From the NCBI GenBank assembly GCA_913058275.1, contig CAJXQP010000001.1, positions 4,901-68,900 of the forward strand: DNA of 64,000 bases. Reading direction: 5' to 3'. Source of the DNA: an uncultured Gammaproteobacteria bacterium (GTDB lineage Bacteria; Pseudomonadota; Gammaproteobacteria; Pseudomonadales; Pseudohongiellaceae). The translations under genes and the position numbers were made by a program. Below the pieces are notes generated by a model, which was not told the DNA's origin, searched no databases, and saw only the letters and a list, made by a program, of their open reading frames with translations. Numbering within the stretch: position 1 is the first letter of the stretch; each line of letters begins with the position of its first letter. This document shows positions 46,993 to 57,546 of the stretch, piece by piece.

Positions 46993-47931
46993 ATGAAAAA
47001 ACAAATTCTATTTATTCTGAGCCTACTCTCAACCCTGCTACTAAGTAATGGCGCCAATGCCGCTGAGAATGGCTGGATCAGAGGGAGCTGCGAGAGCGGT
47101 TCTAGCGTCTATCGCTGGACAGATGGTAATCGCTACGATGGCCAGTGCCTCAACAATTTGTTCCAGGGTCAAGGCACGCTCACGCTAGTGAATGGCGATC
47201 GCTACGAAGGTCAGTTTCGAGATAACCAAAAGAACGGTCGCGGGGTGTATTTTTTCTCCAGTGGCGATCATTATGAAGGACAATTCGCTAACGGGCTTCG
47301 GCATGGCCAAGGCGTACTAAGTCGCGCTAACGGAGAGCGCTTCGTTGGTCGTTACCTAAACGGTAAGAAGACGGGTCGCGGTACATTTTATTTCCTGAAC
47401 GGCGATCGCTACGAGGGCAATTGGACGGAAGATCTCTTCGAAGGTCAGGGCTCCTACTATTCCGCCAACGGAAATAGCTTCGAGGGCCAGTGGCGCGCTG
47501 GGCAAAAGTTGCAGGGTACATTCCGTTGGGAAAATGGTAATCGCTACGAAGGGCAATTCCAATCAGACAAACGTAATGGCCAAGGCACATTCGATTGGCA
47601 AAATGGCAATAGCTACACTGGGCAATGGCGCGATGATCAGCAGCACGGTTGCGGTGAGAAAGAGTGGGCAAATGGCGAACGCTATGAGGGCCAGTGGCAG
47701 AACAACGATAAGAATGGTCAGGGCACGCTACATTTCGTGAATGGAAATCGCTTTAGCGGGGGGTTTCAAGACGACAGAATTAGCGGCCAAGGCACCTACT
47801 TTTTCGCCAATGGAGATCATTATGTCGGCCCTTGGCTACGCGGTGAGCGCGATGGTCGTGGCACCTACACCAATGCTAGCGGCAGTTCGCAGGCAATGGA
47901 GTTTCGTGGTGGACAGCGAATCAATAACTAA
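46993..47931 (+). CDS. Exported MORN-repeat protein
   Basis: Signal peptide followed by 11 tandem 23-aa units of the form (R/H/S)(Y/F)(E/V)GQ(F/W)...(K/R).G.G....NG(D/N/E). Confidence 0.85.
   Translation: MKKQILFILSLLSTLLLSNGANAAENGWIRGSCESGSSVYRWTDGNRYDGQCLNNLFQGQGTLTLVNGDRYEGQFRDNQKNGRGVYFFSSGDHYEGQFANGLRHGQGVLSRANGERFVGRYLNGKKTGRGTFYFLNGDRYEGNWTEDLFEGQGSYYSANGNSFEGQWRAGQKLQGTFRWENGNRYEGQFQSDKRNGQGTFDWQNGNSYTGQWRDDQQHGCGEKEWANGERYEGQWQNNDKNGQGTLHFVNGNRFSGGFQDDRISGQGTYFFANGDHYVGPWLRGERDGRGTYTNASGSSQAMEFRGGQRINN
47131..47889 (+). repeat. 11 tandem ~69-bp coding repeats (MORN units)
   Basis: The periodicity is visible in the translation and in recurring DNA words (aatggcgatcgctacga, ggtcagggc). 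Confidence 0.8.
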
Positions 47932-47951
47932 GGCCAATTTCACAGGGGTAC

Positions 47952-48713
47952 TCAGCTGCGAAGCTTATAACCTGTCTTAAATAGATAGTAGACCACGCCC
48001 AGACACGCAAACATAAAGATAAGAATACTCGCCAGACTCAACATCACGTTGACCTCAGAGATCTCGTAAAAACTCCAGCGTAGACCACTCACCAAGTACA
48101 ACACTGGATTAAAATGAGAGATCGTCTGCCACGGCTCCGGCAGCATATCCGTAGAATAGAAACTACCCCCAAGAAAAACCAGTGGCGTCACCAGTAACAT
48201 CGGCACTATCGAGAGCTTCTCGAAATTGTCTGCCCAAATTCCCAAAATAAATCCGAATAGACTGAATGATATTGCTGTAAGCAGGATGAATACCATCATC
48301 AGGATGGGGTGAGCAATCTGCAGGTCGATGAAGAAACTCGCCGTAATCAGAATGATTATGCCCAGTATAACGGCTTTGGAGGCGGCGGCACCGACATATC
48401 CCAACACCACCTCGAGAGTGGATACTGGTGCGGAAAGCATCTCATACACCGTACCAACGAATTTCGGGAAGTAGATACCAAACGAAGCATTCGAGATGCT
48501 ATGAGTCAGCAAGTTAAGCATGATCAACCCAGGCACGATAAATGCGCCATAACTAATTCCGCTTACCTGATCGATTCTTGAGCCGATTGCCGCTCCGAAG
48601 ACGATGAAATACAAAGATGTGGTGATAACCGGTGCGACAATACTCTGTACCAGGGTACGCTTGGTGCGTGCCATTTCGAATTTGTAGATCGCCATAATGC
48701 CGTAGATATTCAT
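47952..48713 (-). CDS. ABC-2 type transporter permease
   Basis: 253 aa with six predicted TM helices. Its start overlaps the ATPase stop by 4 bp (ATGA). Confidence 0.8.
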   Translation of the reverse strand: MNIYGIMAIYKFEMARTKRTLVQSIVAPVITTSLYFIVFGAAIGSRIDQVSGISYGAFIVPGLIMLNLLTHSISNASFGIYFPKFVGTVYEMLSAPVSTLEVVLGYVGAAASKAVILGIIILITASFFIDLQIAHPILMMVFILLTAISFSLFGFILGIWADNFEKLSIVPMLLVTPLVFLGGSFYSTDMLPEPWQTISHFNPVLYLVSGLRWSFYEISEVNVMLSLASILIFMFACLGVVYYLFKTGYKLRS

Positions 48714-49654
48714 GACGACTCCTCAACTAGATTAACAAAAATTTCTTCCAGAGAACTCTGCGTCGTGTTCAAGTCACGAAACGCAATGCCGGCCAACTTA
48801 AGATCATCCATCAATGCGGTGATGCCAGTGCGATCTCCGGTCGTAGTAAAGGTATAAACTAGCTGCAACCCGTTCTCGCTAAGCTCAAGTTCGTAGTCGG
48901 CCATACTTTCGGGTAAAACGCTCAATGGATCACAGAGATCGAGGATCAACTGCTTCTTGCCAAGCTTCGCCATCAACTTGCTTTTATCTTCGATCAGAAT
49001 GATCTCGCCGTTGTTAATTACTCCAACTCGGTCCGCTATCTCTTCTGCCTCTTCGATATAGTGCGTGGTTAGAATGATCGTTACGCCTTCAGCTTTTAAC
49101 TCGCGCACGATCTCCCACATGTGTTTCCTAAGATTGACATCCACACCCGCTGTTGGCTCGTCGAGGAATAATACCGTCGGCTCATGGGAGAGCGCCTTTG
49201 CGATTAATACACGACGCTTCATGCCTCCGGACAAGGTCATGATCATATCGTCTTTCTTGTCCCACAAAGACAAGGAGCGAAGTACTTTCTCGATATGCCC
49301 CGCATTCGGTGGCTTACCAAACAAGCCGCGACTAAACGAGACAGTATTGAATACAGTCTCGAAGGAATCTGTGGTGAGCTCCTGAGGAACTAGGCCAATG
49401 ATCGAGCGAGTCTTGCGAAAGTCTTTAATGATGTCGTAGCCATCTACGCTCACTGTGCCAGAGCTAGGATTCACGATGCCACAGATGACTGAGATCAGAG
49501 TTGTCTTGCCAGCACCGTTCGGCCCGAGTAGCGCGACAATCTCCCCTTTCTCAATTTCGAGATTGATGTCTTTGAGTGCTTGAAAGCCGCCCGAATAGAA
49601 TTTATTCAAGCCTTTGATTCGCAAAATAGGATTTTCGTCAGAGTTCATGGGCAA
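48710..49654 (-). CDS. ABC transporter ATP-binding protein (ABC-2 exporter partner)
   Basis: Walker [10 protein letters not shown], signature LSGGMKRR, Walker B LFLDEPT. Confidence 0.9.
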   Translation of the reverse strand: MPMNSDENPILRIKGLNKFYSGGFQALKDINLEIEKGEIVALLGPNGAGKTTLISVICGIVNPSSGTVSVDGYDIIKDFRKTRSIIGLVPQELTTDSFETVFNTVSFSRGLFGKPPNAGHIEKVLRSLSLWDKKDDMIMTLSGGMKRRVLIAKALSHEPTVLFLDEPTAGVDVNLRKHMWEIVRELKAEGVTIILTTHYIEEAEEIADRVGVINNGEIILIEDKSKLMAKLGKKQLILDLCDPLSVLPESMADYELELSENGLQLVYTFTTTGDRTGITALMDDLKLAGIAFRDLNTTQSSLEEIFVNLVEESS

Positions 49655-49930
49655 AAGAGTATGAACACTGTCACAGGCAAATACAACCGACGTCTAAAAG
49701 GGACTATTCGGCATCGGCGCTTGGGGCGCTGCCTCAATCTGCTACTAAATCCGCAAGACAGCGGCAGGCTGTTATGGCGATATTGTCCATCGGCGTGCTA
49801 CTTTACCTGCTTATCGTATTTGCTACGGTATTGAGCAAGACATATCCAAACTGTGCTGCGACCATCGAGTAAATAGGGTGGTGGAAATGCTCCGAACGAA
49901 TAAGTCAGCTATCACTATGAGAAGACGCAA

Positions 49931-51280
49931 ATGAACCAATTAAGCAGCAAGTCCACGCACTCGAAATTTTTAGAGACGTTGAATGTAATAAAACTGAGAA
50001 GAACATATCTACTCTTATTGTCCGTATTCTTTTTCACGTTTTCTGGCTATGCGCAGGACACTGTTGAGCCCTCACTGAACACTGAAGAGCGTGAGCTCAC
50101 TTCTTGGCTGGATTCGCAGGAAGAAAACATGCTCGACATGCTCGAGCGGATCACCAACATCAATTCAGGAAGTCTCAACAAGCAGGGCGTCAATGAACTT
50201 GCTTCGATATTCAGCGAGGAGTTGCGGCAGCTAGGTTTTTCTCTCTCAACCCTCCCCGGAGAAGTCATCGAGATGCCGAGTTGCCCAGGCAGCGATTACA
50301 ATGTTGATGTTGCCGACCATATTCTTGCCAGCAAGAGTGGCAGTGGCTCAAAGCTATTAATGATGGGCCATCTGGATACGGTGTTTCCGCCGGGCAGCCC
50401 GTTCCAAGAATTTAGTCGCGAAGGTGACACCATGTATGGACCTGGCGTTTCCGACATGAAGGGCGGCTTGGTCGTGATGCTGTACGCACTCAAGGCGTTA
50501 AACGAGAACGGCGAGTTGGGTGATAAGTCTATTACCGTATTACTCAATAGCGACGAAGAAATGGGTTCACTCTCGTCGAGAAAGTATCTTGAAGAACAGG
50601 CACTACTGCACGACTGGGGCCTAGTGTATGAATCTTCTGGCAACAATCGACTTACGCGGGAACGAAAGGGATTGGGTCAGGCGCGTTTCGTCGTGCACGG
50701 CAGAGCCTCTCATGCGGGCGGTGCTCACGAACAAGGCAGGTCGGCGATCAAAGAGCTAGCCTACAAGATCGTGCAAATTGAGAACATAACCGACTATGAA
50801 ACCGGAGTGACCGTCAACGTGGGCGTGATCAGCGGCGGCGAAGCACGCAATACAATCGCCCCCTGTGCTGAAGCACTAATAGACCTGCGCTATCCAGAAT
50901 CACAGCAAGGCATTGATGCAGTCGCGCAGTTCGAAGAAATTTTCGGTAGCGTCTTTAGCTACCCAATAGATTCCGGAGAATTAACGACAGAAAGTTGGAC
51001 CAATCTACATCGCCCGGCAAAGATAGCCACACCTGAGTCGGACTATCTATTGAACAAGACCATCGCCATTGGCCGCCTGTTAGGACAGGAGCTAGGGATT
51101 GGTGATTCCGGCGGGGGCACCGATGGATCGCTTACCCAGGCAGTTGGGCTACCGACGCTGGATTCCCTAGGCAGCGCCGGCACCGGCGCCCATTCCAATA
51201 GGGAGCAGGGCCGCGTGAGTTCACTGGTCGAACGCGCAAAACTCAGCGCGGTACTTATCCGTAGACTGGCAGCAGAATAA
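49931..51280 (+). CDS. Exported M20-family metallopeptidase (carboxypeptidase G2-like)
   Basis: GHLDTVFP, DMKGG and NSDEEMGS metal-ligand motifs, with an N-terminal hydrophobic signal region. Confidence 0.8.
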   Translation: MNQLSSKSTHSKFLETLNVIKLRRTYLLLLSVFFFTFSGYAQDTVEPSLNTEERELTSWLDSQEENMLDMLERITNINSGSLNKQGVNELASIFSEELRQLGFSLSTLPGEVIEMPSCPGSDYNVDVADHILASKSGSGSKLLMMGHLDTVFPPGSPFQEFSREGDTMYGPGVSDMKGGLVVMLYALKALNENGELGDKSITVLLNSDEEMGSLSSRKYLEEQALLHDWGLVYESSGNNRLTRERKGLGQARFVVHGRASHAGGAHEQGRSAIKELAYKIVQIENITDYETGVTVNVGVISGGEARNTIAPCAEALIDLRYPESQQGIDAVAQFEEIFGSVFSYPIDSGELTTESWTNLHRPAKIATPESDYLLNKTIAIGRLLGQELGIGDSGGGTDGSLTQAVGLPTLDSLGSAGTGAHSNREQGRVSSLVERAKLSAVLIRRLAAE

Positions 51281-51381
51281 GTGTTTTCATGCTGTAGATC
51301 GAAGCCCAGTCCATGAACTGGGCTCCCAGTGCCGGTTAGATTCTTTTGACCCCTAAAAAATAATAACGCTGAGGACAGCGA

Positions 51382-52737
51382 ATGACTGCGAACACCGATA
51401 GTAGCTCCGAAAACACCTCGGAAGATTCAGCGTCCAACTTATCGCCAGAAAAAGTAGCTGCCGCCAAGGCCTACCAGAACCCTTATTACCGTTATCTAGT
51501 GTTAGGCATTCTCACCGCCGCCTACGTCTCCAATTTCGTAGACAGGCAGGTCATCAATGTTCTCGCGCAGTTCATCATCGACGACCTGCAGATTAGCGAT
51601 GGTCAATTCGGCATGCTATCCGGCCTCGCTTTCGCATTGATCTACACAACCCTCGGCATACCCATCGCGCGTTTGGCCGACATTAGCAACCGACGCAATA
51701 TCATCGCCATATCCATCACCATATGGAGCGTGATGACCGCTCTCTGTGGAGCGGCAAATAATTTCTTTCAGTTATTCATGGCTAGGTTTGGCGTCGGTGT
51801 TGGAGAAGCAGGCGGATCGCCTCCAGCTCACTCAATAGTCTCCGATATTTTCCCAGCGGAGCAACGGGCTACGGCTTTATCCATCTATTCTCTCGGAGTA
51901 TACGGCGGCATTCTGGTCGGCACGATCGGCGGCGCCTATCTCGTTCAATATTTCAATTGGCGTGTCGCTTTTGTAGTGGTCGCCATCCCTGGAATATTTC
52001 TTGCGCTACTCGTTAGATTCGTAATCAAGGAGCCACCTCGCGGCATGGCCGAATCGCGCAAAGACGTGGCGCCACCCGGCTTTCTGCGTGTACTGCATTT
52101 CCTTTGGGATAGAAAATCGTTTAGACATCTTTCTTTTGCCTGCGCACTACACGCCTTCGTAACCTATGGCATGGGCAACTTTATGCCGCTATTTCTCGGG
52201 CGCGTCCATGGCATGCCGATTCTAGATGTGGGTTGGTACTACGGTCTGATTGCGGGCATCGGTGGTTTGGCCGGCACCTTCTTTGGTGGTTGGATGTCAG
52301 ATCGAATGGCTAACAAGACCGGGGACAAGACTTGGTATATTTGGATACCCTTCATCTCAACGGTGTTGGCAATCCCTTTAGGATTGGTTACTTTTTTGCT
52401 GATGCCCAATGGGTATAGCGCAGCATTCTCTTACTTTCTGCCGGTATTTTGTGGTGGATGGTATCTAGCGCCCTGCATTGCTTCGACTCACTTCTTGGTT
52501 GGCATTCGCATGCGCGCCATGGCATCGGCGATCTTGCTGTTCATGTTGAATTTAATCGGCTTAGGACTGGGCCCGATGCTAACTGGCTTCATGAGCGATT
52601 ATTTCGAACCAACTTACGGCTCTGATTCGCTACGCTACGCGATGTCGGTCACGCTGATGGTGAATATCTGGTGCGCCTTCCACTATTGGAAAGCGACTCA
52701 CACGATTGCAGCAGATTTCGATAGGGCTCCAGATTAA
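51382..52737 (+). CDS. MFS transporter
   Basis: 451 aa with ~12 TMs and the loop motif (..IARLADISNRRNI..) between TM2 and TM3. Confidence 0.8.
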   Translation: MTANTDSSSENTSEDSASNLSPEKVAAAKAYQNPYYRYLVLGILTAAYVSNFVDRQVINVLAQFIIDDLQISDGQFGMLSGLAFALIYTTLGIPIARLADISNRRNIIAISITIWSVMTALCGAANNFFQLFMARFGVGVGEAGGSPPAHSIVSDIFPAEQRATALSIYSLGVYGGILVGTIGGAYLVQYFNWRVAFVVVAIPGIFLALLVRFVIKEPPRGMAESRKDVAPPGFLRVLHFLWDRKSFRHLSFACALHAFVTYGMGNFMPLFLGRVHGMPILDVGWYYGLIAGIGGLAGTFFGGWMSDRMANKTGDKTWYIWIPFISTVLAIPLGLVTFLLMPNGYSAAFSYFLPVFCGGWYLAPCIASTHFLVGIRMRAMASAILLFMLNLIGLGLGPMLTGFMSDYFEPTYGSDSLRYAMSVTLMVNIWCAFHYWKATHTIAADFDRAPD

Positions 52738-52757
52738 CTGGGGTATTACTAGAACGA

Positions 52758-54137
52758 CTAGATCGCCTCGAGAGCCTGGGTGATCTTGCTGACGCCGATT
52801 ACCTCGAGGCCTGGGATTTTGTTCTTCGGCGCATTCGCCTTTGGTACGATAGCTCTAGTGAAGCCATGCTTAGCAGCCTCCTGTAATCGCTCCTGTCCAC
52901 CCGGCACAGGTCGAATCTCACCCGCTAAGCCCACCTCCCCGAACACGACCAAATTCTTAGGTAGGGATTTATCCTGAAAGCTGGATACAATCGCGAGCAA
53001 CAATGCCAAATCGGCACTTGTCTCGGTCACTTTGACCCCGCCCACTACGTTAACGTAGACATCCTGATCCGCCATATACAATCCGCCATGACGGTGCAGC
53101 ACAGCTAACAGCATTGCTAGGCGATTCTGCTCAAGACCAACTGCAACACGACGCGGGTTGCCCAATTGACTGCCATCGACAAGAGCTTGAATCTCAACCA
53201 GCAGCGGGCGCGTGCCCTCCCACAACACCATGACTATCGAGCCCGGTGTGTCTTCTTCAGTTCTCGCCAAAAATATCGCTGAGGGATTCTTAACTTCTTT
53301 GAGCCCGGTCTCCGTCATGGCAAACACGCCTAGCTCGTTGACTGCACCGAAGCGGTTCTTCTGCCCACGTAGGATGCGATACTTACTGTCGTTGCCACCC
53401 TCCAACATGATGAAGCAATCGATCATATGCTCCAACACTTTGGGGCCCGCCAGATTGCCATCTTTCGTCACGTGACCAACCAGGAACAGAACCGTGTTGG
53501 TCTGCTTGGCATACTGAATAAGGTAAGCGGCGCACTCGCGCACTTGAGAGACGCTGCCTGGCGCCGACGCTACATCGCCGCTATGCATAACCTGAATCGA
53601 GTCCACAACCAACAGCTGTGGCTGATGCTCCTGCGCCGCTTTGCAGATCTGCTCAACATTGGTCTCGGCCAACATCTTTAAATTCTTCTCAGGCAAATTC
53701 AAACGCTTCGCTCGCATGCCAACCTGCTGCAAAGATTCCTCTCCAGTGACATACAGGGCTGGCTTTCCAGTATTTGCTAACAGGCACATTATTTGTAGTA
53801 AGAGCGTACTCTTGCCAGCGCCCGGATTGCCGCCAATTAGAATCGCCGACCCCGGCACGAGACCGCCACCAAGAACGCGATCCATCTCACTGATGCTGCT
53901 GCTAAAACGCGGGAGGGCCTCTAGGTCTATGTCGGAAAGATTTTGTACATTAGATTTAGCGCCGGAATAACCCTGTTTGCGGAAGTCGGCCTTGGTTGCC
54001 GGCGAGGTACTACTGCTATTGCCTAGGTTAATTTGCGATAGCGTATTCCATGCCTTACAGGAGGCACACTGTCCCTGCCATTGACCATGTTCAGTGCCAC
54101 AGTCTGTGCAGACGAATGCGATTTTGTTTTTAGACAT
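52758..54137 (-). CDS. radA: DNA repair protein RadA/Sms
   Basis: Zinc finger CTDCG..C..C, Walker A GNPGAGKST, KNRFG motif, and a Lon-like C-terminal domain. Confidence 0.95.
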   Translation of the reverse strand: MSKNKIAFVCTDCGTEHGQWQGQCASCKAWNTLSQINLGNSSSTSPATKADFRKQGYSGAKSNVQNLSDIDLEALPRFSSSISEMDRVLGGGLVPGSAILIGGNPGAGKSTLLLQIMCLLANTGKPALYVTGEESLQQVGMRAKRLNLPEKNLKMLAETNVEQICKAAQEHQPQLLVVDSIQVMHSGDVASAPGSVSQVRECAAYLIQYAKQTNTVLFLVGHVTKDGNLAGPKVLEHMIDCFIMLEGGNDSKYRILRGQKNRFGAVNELGVFAMTETGLKEVKNPSAIFLARTEEDTPGSIVMVLWEGTRPLLVEIQALVDGSQLGNPRRVAVGLEQNRLAMLLAVLHRHGGLYMADQDVYVNVVGGVKVTETSADLALLLAIVSSFQDKSLPKNLVVFGEVGLAGEIRPVPGGQERLQEAAKHGFTRAIVPKANAPKNKIPGLEVIGVSKITQALEAI

Positions 54138-54195
54138 ACTCTGTATTCAATTTTTTGTAGTTTGTTTTGTTACTAACTGGACGAAGGAAAACGCA

Positions 54196-55353
54196 TCACA
54201 GTCGTTCCTCAGTATAGACAAATTCAACTCGTTTAGTGACTTTGCAGAATAATTCATAAGAGATTGTATCGGCGTGCTGGGCTACCTCATCAGCCGGAAG
54301 CCCGTCTCCCCAAAGCACTACTTCATCGTCTAGCTGTACCGTATCGAGCCCTGTCAGGTCGATCGCTATCGTGTCCATAGACACTCGGCCTAGTAGGGCG
54401 GTGCGTTGTGCCCCGTCTTTGGTTTTTACAAGAACTGGCGTACCATTCTTCGCCGAGCGCGGATAACCATCAGCGTAACCTATAGAGACAATTCCCACTC
54501 GTGTGTCTTGCTTACAACGATGAGTCGCGCCATAGCCTATCGTGCCCCCGGCCTCGACTGTGTTGATGGCGAAGATCTTCGCGCAAAGCGTCATAACAGG
54601 CAGCAGCCCAATTTCCTGCGCAGTACGATTAGTAAAAGGCGATCCGCCATACAACATAAACCCGGGCCGCACGAATTGATGATGCGTTTGGGGAAGTGAC
54701 AATATGCCGGCCGAAGCGGCGAGGCTTGCCTGCACCGGCCCCTGAGTCGAGCTTGCGATCTGCTGTTTAAGCGAGTCGAACTCCGCTATCTGCCTTTGTG
54801 TGAGTTCCACCGCGGATTTACTCTCGGGATCGTCGGCGCTGGCGAGATGAGACATGAGTACGACCTCTGTATCAGGGTGCCTATGCAAGTCGCCATAGAC
54901 TCGCAAGGCCTGTTCTTTGTCGAAGCCGAGTCGATTCATACCGCTATTGAACTTCACCCAAACTCTGCCAACCCCTGAAAGGATTTCAGTCTGCAGATAT
55001 TTATCGATTTCCTCAAACTGGTACATCGAATGAATCATCGGCTCAATCTTGTGATTGAGGCAGAGATCCATTTCCGCTTTGTTGCGAAATCCAGAAAGTA
55101 GGAGGATTGGAGTACTGATACCGAGGGTACGCAGCTCCATGGCTTCTTCCATAGAGGCCACAGCAAGGGCTGCAAATTCCCTGTGCATCGCATTCAGTGC
55201 CAATGCCACTTTTTCGACGCCATGGCCGTACGCGTTCGCCTTTATCACAGGAACGACTTGTGATTCAGGACAATGAGCATTTACTTGCGAGAGGTTTTTC
55301 TTGAGCGCACGTAGGTCTATCGTAGCCCAAGCTCTAGGTGAGGAGTCAATCAT
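54196..55353 (-). CDS. alr: Alanine racemase
   Basis: PLP-lysine motif VIKANAYGHG. 385 aa. Confidence 0.9.
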   Translation of the reverse strand: MIDSSPRAWATIDLRALKKNLSQVNAHCPESQVVPVIKANAYGHGVEKVALALNAMHREFAALAVASMEEAMELRTLGISTPILLLSGFRNKAEMDLCLNHKIEPMIHSMYQFEEIDKYLQTEILSGVGRVWVKFNSGMNRLGFDKEQALRVYGDLHRHPDTEVVLMSHLASADDPESKSAVELTQRQIAEFDSLKQQIASSTQGPVQASLAASAGILSLPQTHHQFVRPGFMLYGGSPFTNRTAQEIGLLPVMTLCAKIFAINTVEAGGTIGYGATHRCKQDTRVGIVSIGYADGYPRSAKNGTPVLVKTKDGAQRTALLGRVSMDTIAIDLTGLDTVQLDDEVVLWGDGLPADEVAQHADTISYELFCKVTKRVEFVYTEERL

Positions 55354-55380
55354 GATCGATCCGGATAAGTGGCGGCGTGG

Positions 55381-56787
55381 CTATCCATGGGTGTAGCTGT
55401 CGTCGTACCTCGGTTGTGCATGATTCTCGAAGCGAGTGTACTTACCAACGAAGCTCAGTCTTACCGTGCCGATGGGGCCGTTACGGTGCTTACCGATAAT
55501 CACCTCGGCTACTCCCTTGTCCGGCGAGTCCTCGTTGTAGACTTCGTCTCGATAGATGAAGGAGATAATATCCGCGTCCTGCTCGATCGCACCCGATTCA
55601 CGCAAGTCCGACATTACTGGCCGTTTGTTTGGTCGTTGTTCGAGGCTACGATTGAGCTGCGACAACGCTATAACTGGACACTCGAACTCGCGCGCCAACA
55701 ACTTCAATGATCGTGATATCTCAGAGATCTCGCCGACGCGATTATCACCGAAGCCTTTGATTTGCATTAGCTGTAAATAGTCCACTACAACCATACCTAG
55801 GCTGCCATGCTCACGCACGATTCTACGTGCTCGCGCGCGCATCTCCATCGGGCTCAACGCAGCACTGTCGTCGATGAAAAGGGGTCGGTCTTTAAGTTTC
55901 GCCACGGCATTATTAAAGCCCGGCCAGTCTTCTTCAGTTAATTTTCCGGTACGCAGTTTCGTCTGATCAAGCTTGCCTATAGAAGAGAGCATACGAAAGA
56001 TCAGGCTCTGTGCCGGCATCTCGAGGCTGAAGACCAGTACTGGCTCATCAGTACTCATCACTGCATTCTCAACCAGATTCATGGCAAATGCCGTCTTACC
56101 CATCGAGGGTCTTCCGGCGACGATAACCAAATCCGATTTCTGCCAGCCGGAGGTCATCTCATCAAGATCGGTAAAGCCAGTGGACAGTCCCGTGAGGCTG
56201 CCATCTAAGCCCGCAAGTTCATCGATTCTATCCACGGCCTTGCTGAGCAAAGGATTGATCGGGACAGGGCCTTGATCCTGCGGCCGCTCATCCGCAATGC
56301 TAAAGACTTCTTGCTCAGCCTCGTCCAAGACGACCGCGGCCTTCTTTCCACCGGTGTTGTAGCCACTGTTGGCAATACCATTGGCGACACTGATCAGGCG
56401 GCGCAGGATTGCCCGCTCACGGATGATCTCGGCGTAGGCATGGATATTTGCCGTGCCTCTAGCATTGTCTGTCAACTCGCTAAGGTACTCAATGCCGCCA
56501 GCACTTTCTAATTCATTCAGGCTATTAAGGGATCCCATCAATGTCACGACATCGATAGGACTTCTGTCTTCGCTCTGCTGTGACATTACTCGGAAGATGA
56601 TCTGATGCTCAGGACGATAAAAATCCTCGGGAAGAAGCACATCTGCCAAATTGTCCCATTCCGTGTTATCCAGCATCAGACCACCCAATACTGCCTGTTC
56701 CGCATCAACCGAATGAGGAGGCACTTTCAATGCCGCTACATTACTAATTGCAAGATTCTGTGGACTATTGGGGCTATCGAATGACAT
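55381..56787 (-). CDS. dnaB: Replicative DNA helicase DnaB
   Basis: PPHSVDAEQAVLGG N-terminal motif and Walker A GRPSMGKT. 468 aa. Confidence 0.95.
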   Translation of the reverse strand: MSFDSPNSPQNLAISNVAALKVPPHSVDAEQAVLGGLMLDNTEWDNLADVLLPEDFYRPEHQIIFRVMSQQSEDRSPIDVVTLMGSLNSLNELESAGGIEYLSELTDNARGTANIHAYAEIIRERAILRRLISVANGIANSGYNTGGKKAAVVLDEAEQEVFSIADERPQDQGPVPINPLLSKAVDRIDELAGLDGSLTGLSTGFTDLDEMTSGWQKSDLVIVAGRPSMGKTAFAMNLVENAVMSTDEPVLVFSLEMPAQSLIFRMLSSIGKLDQTKLRTGKLTEEDWPGFNNAVAKLKDRPLFIDDSAALSPMEMRARARRIVREHGSLGMVVVDYLQLMQIKGFGDNRVGEISEISRSLKLLAREFECPVIALSQLNRSLEQRPNKRPVMSDLRESGAIEQDADIISFIYRDEVYNEDSPDKGVAEVIIGKHRNGPIGTVRLSFVGKYTRFENHAQPRYDDSYTHG

Positions 56788-56842
56788 CTTTTGCTTCTAC
56801 TTGTTCTGCTATTTGTACGTTTGATAATACTGGAATTTGGCC

Positions 56843-56876
56843 GAAAAAAAACACCATCTGAGCTAACAGATGATGT
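56843..56876 (-). terminator. Rho-independent terminator between rplI and dnaB
   Basis: The minus strand reads ACATCATCTG-ttagct-CAGATGGTGT (10 bp including one G-U) followed by TTTTTTTT. Confidence 0.75.
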
Positions 56877-56928
56877 TTTATGAAAACTAATTGGTCGAGG
56901 CCTAGAATCAGCCCATGATGACCCGGTC

Positions 56929-57489
56929 TTAGTCTTCCTTTGTCTCTTCTTCGGCTTGCTCAACTGCATCTGCTTCAGCGGCTTCGGCCTGTTCGATCTC
57001 TTCGATCATGCTTCCGTCTGCGCTGACGCCTGCAGCGGCATCAAGCCCCTGCACTGCAAGGTTGATAGTCGCTGTCACTGCGTAGCCAAGATCCAATACG
57101 ACCGCAAAGCTGCCTAGCTCGCGAATAACACCATTTGGCAGCAATACCTCTGCCTTAACGATATCGGACCCGCATTGCGCGTTCAAAGCATCCGCAATAT
57201 TCTGAGTACCAACAGAGCCGAATAGTTTGCCTTCATCACTCGCGTTAACCTGCATGCTAAGCGAGGTATCAGCAACGACAGCCTGGCGCTTCTGCGCGGC
57301 GGCCACGTTCGAATCGTGAGCAGCCATTAGCTCAGCTCTACGACCTTCAAAATCAGCTAGGTTCTGCTTTGACGCAGGTATAGCTTTTCCCTTAGGGAAC
57401 AGAAAATTGCGCGCAAATCCAGATTTCACTGTAGCGGTATCGCCGATTTCACCTAGGTTTGCCATTTTCTCAAGCAGGATAACGTTCAT
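56929..57489 (-). CDS. rplI: 50S ribosomal protein L9 with a ~35-aa acidic C-terminal extension
   Basis: MNVILLEKMANLGEIGD...ARNFLFPKGKA start. The tail reads ..EEIEQAEAAEADAVEQAEEETKED. Confidence 0.9.
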   Translation of the reverse strand: MNVILLEKMANLGEIGDTATVKSGFARNFLFPKGKAIPASKQNLADFEGRRAELMAAHDSNVAAAQKRQAVVADTSLSMQVNASDEGKLFGSVGTQNIADALNAQCGSDIVKAEVLLPNGVIRELGSFAVVLDLGYAVTATINLAVQGLDAAAGVSADGSMIEEIEQAEAAEADAVEQAEEETKED

Positions 57490-57546
57490 TGGTTCTTCCT
57501 CATCTCTAAATCTTTTCTGGCAATGATTGCCAGTACTTTATTCCGT

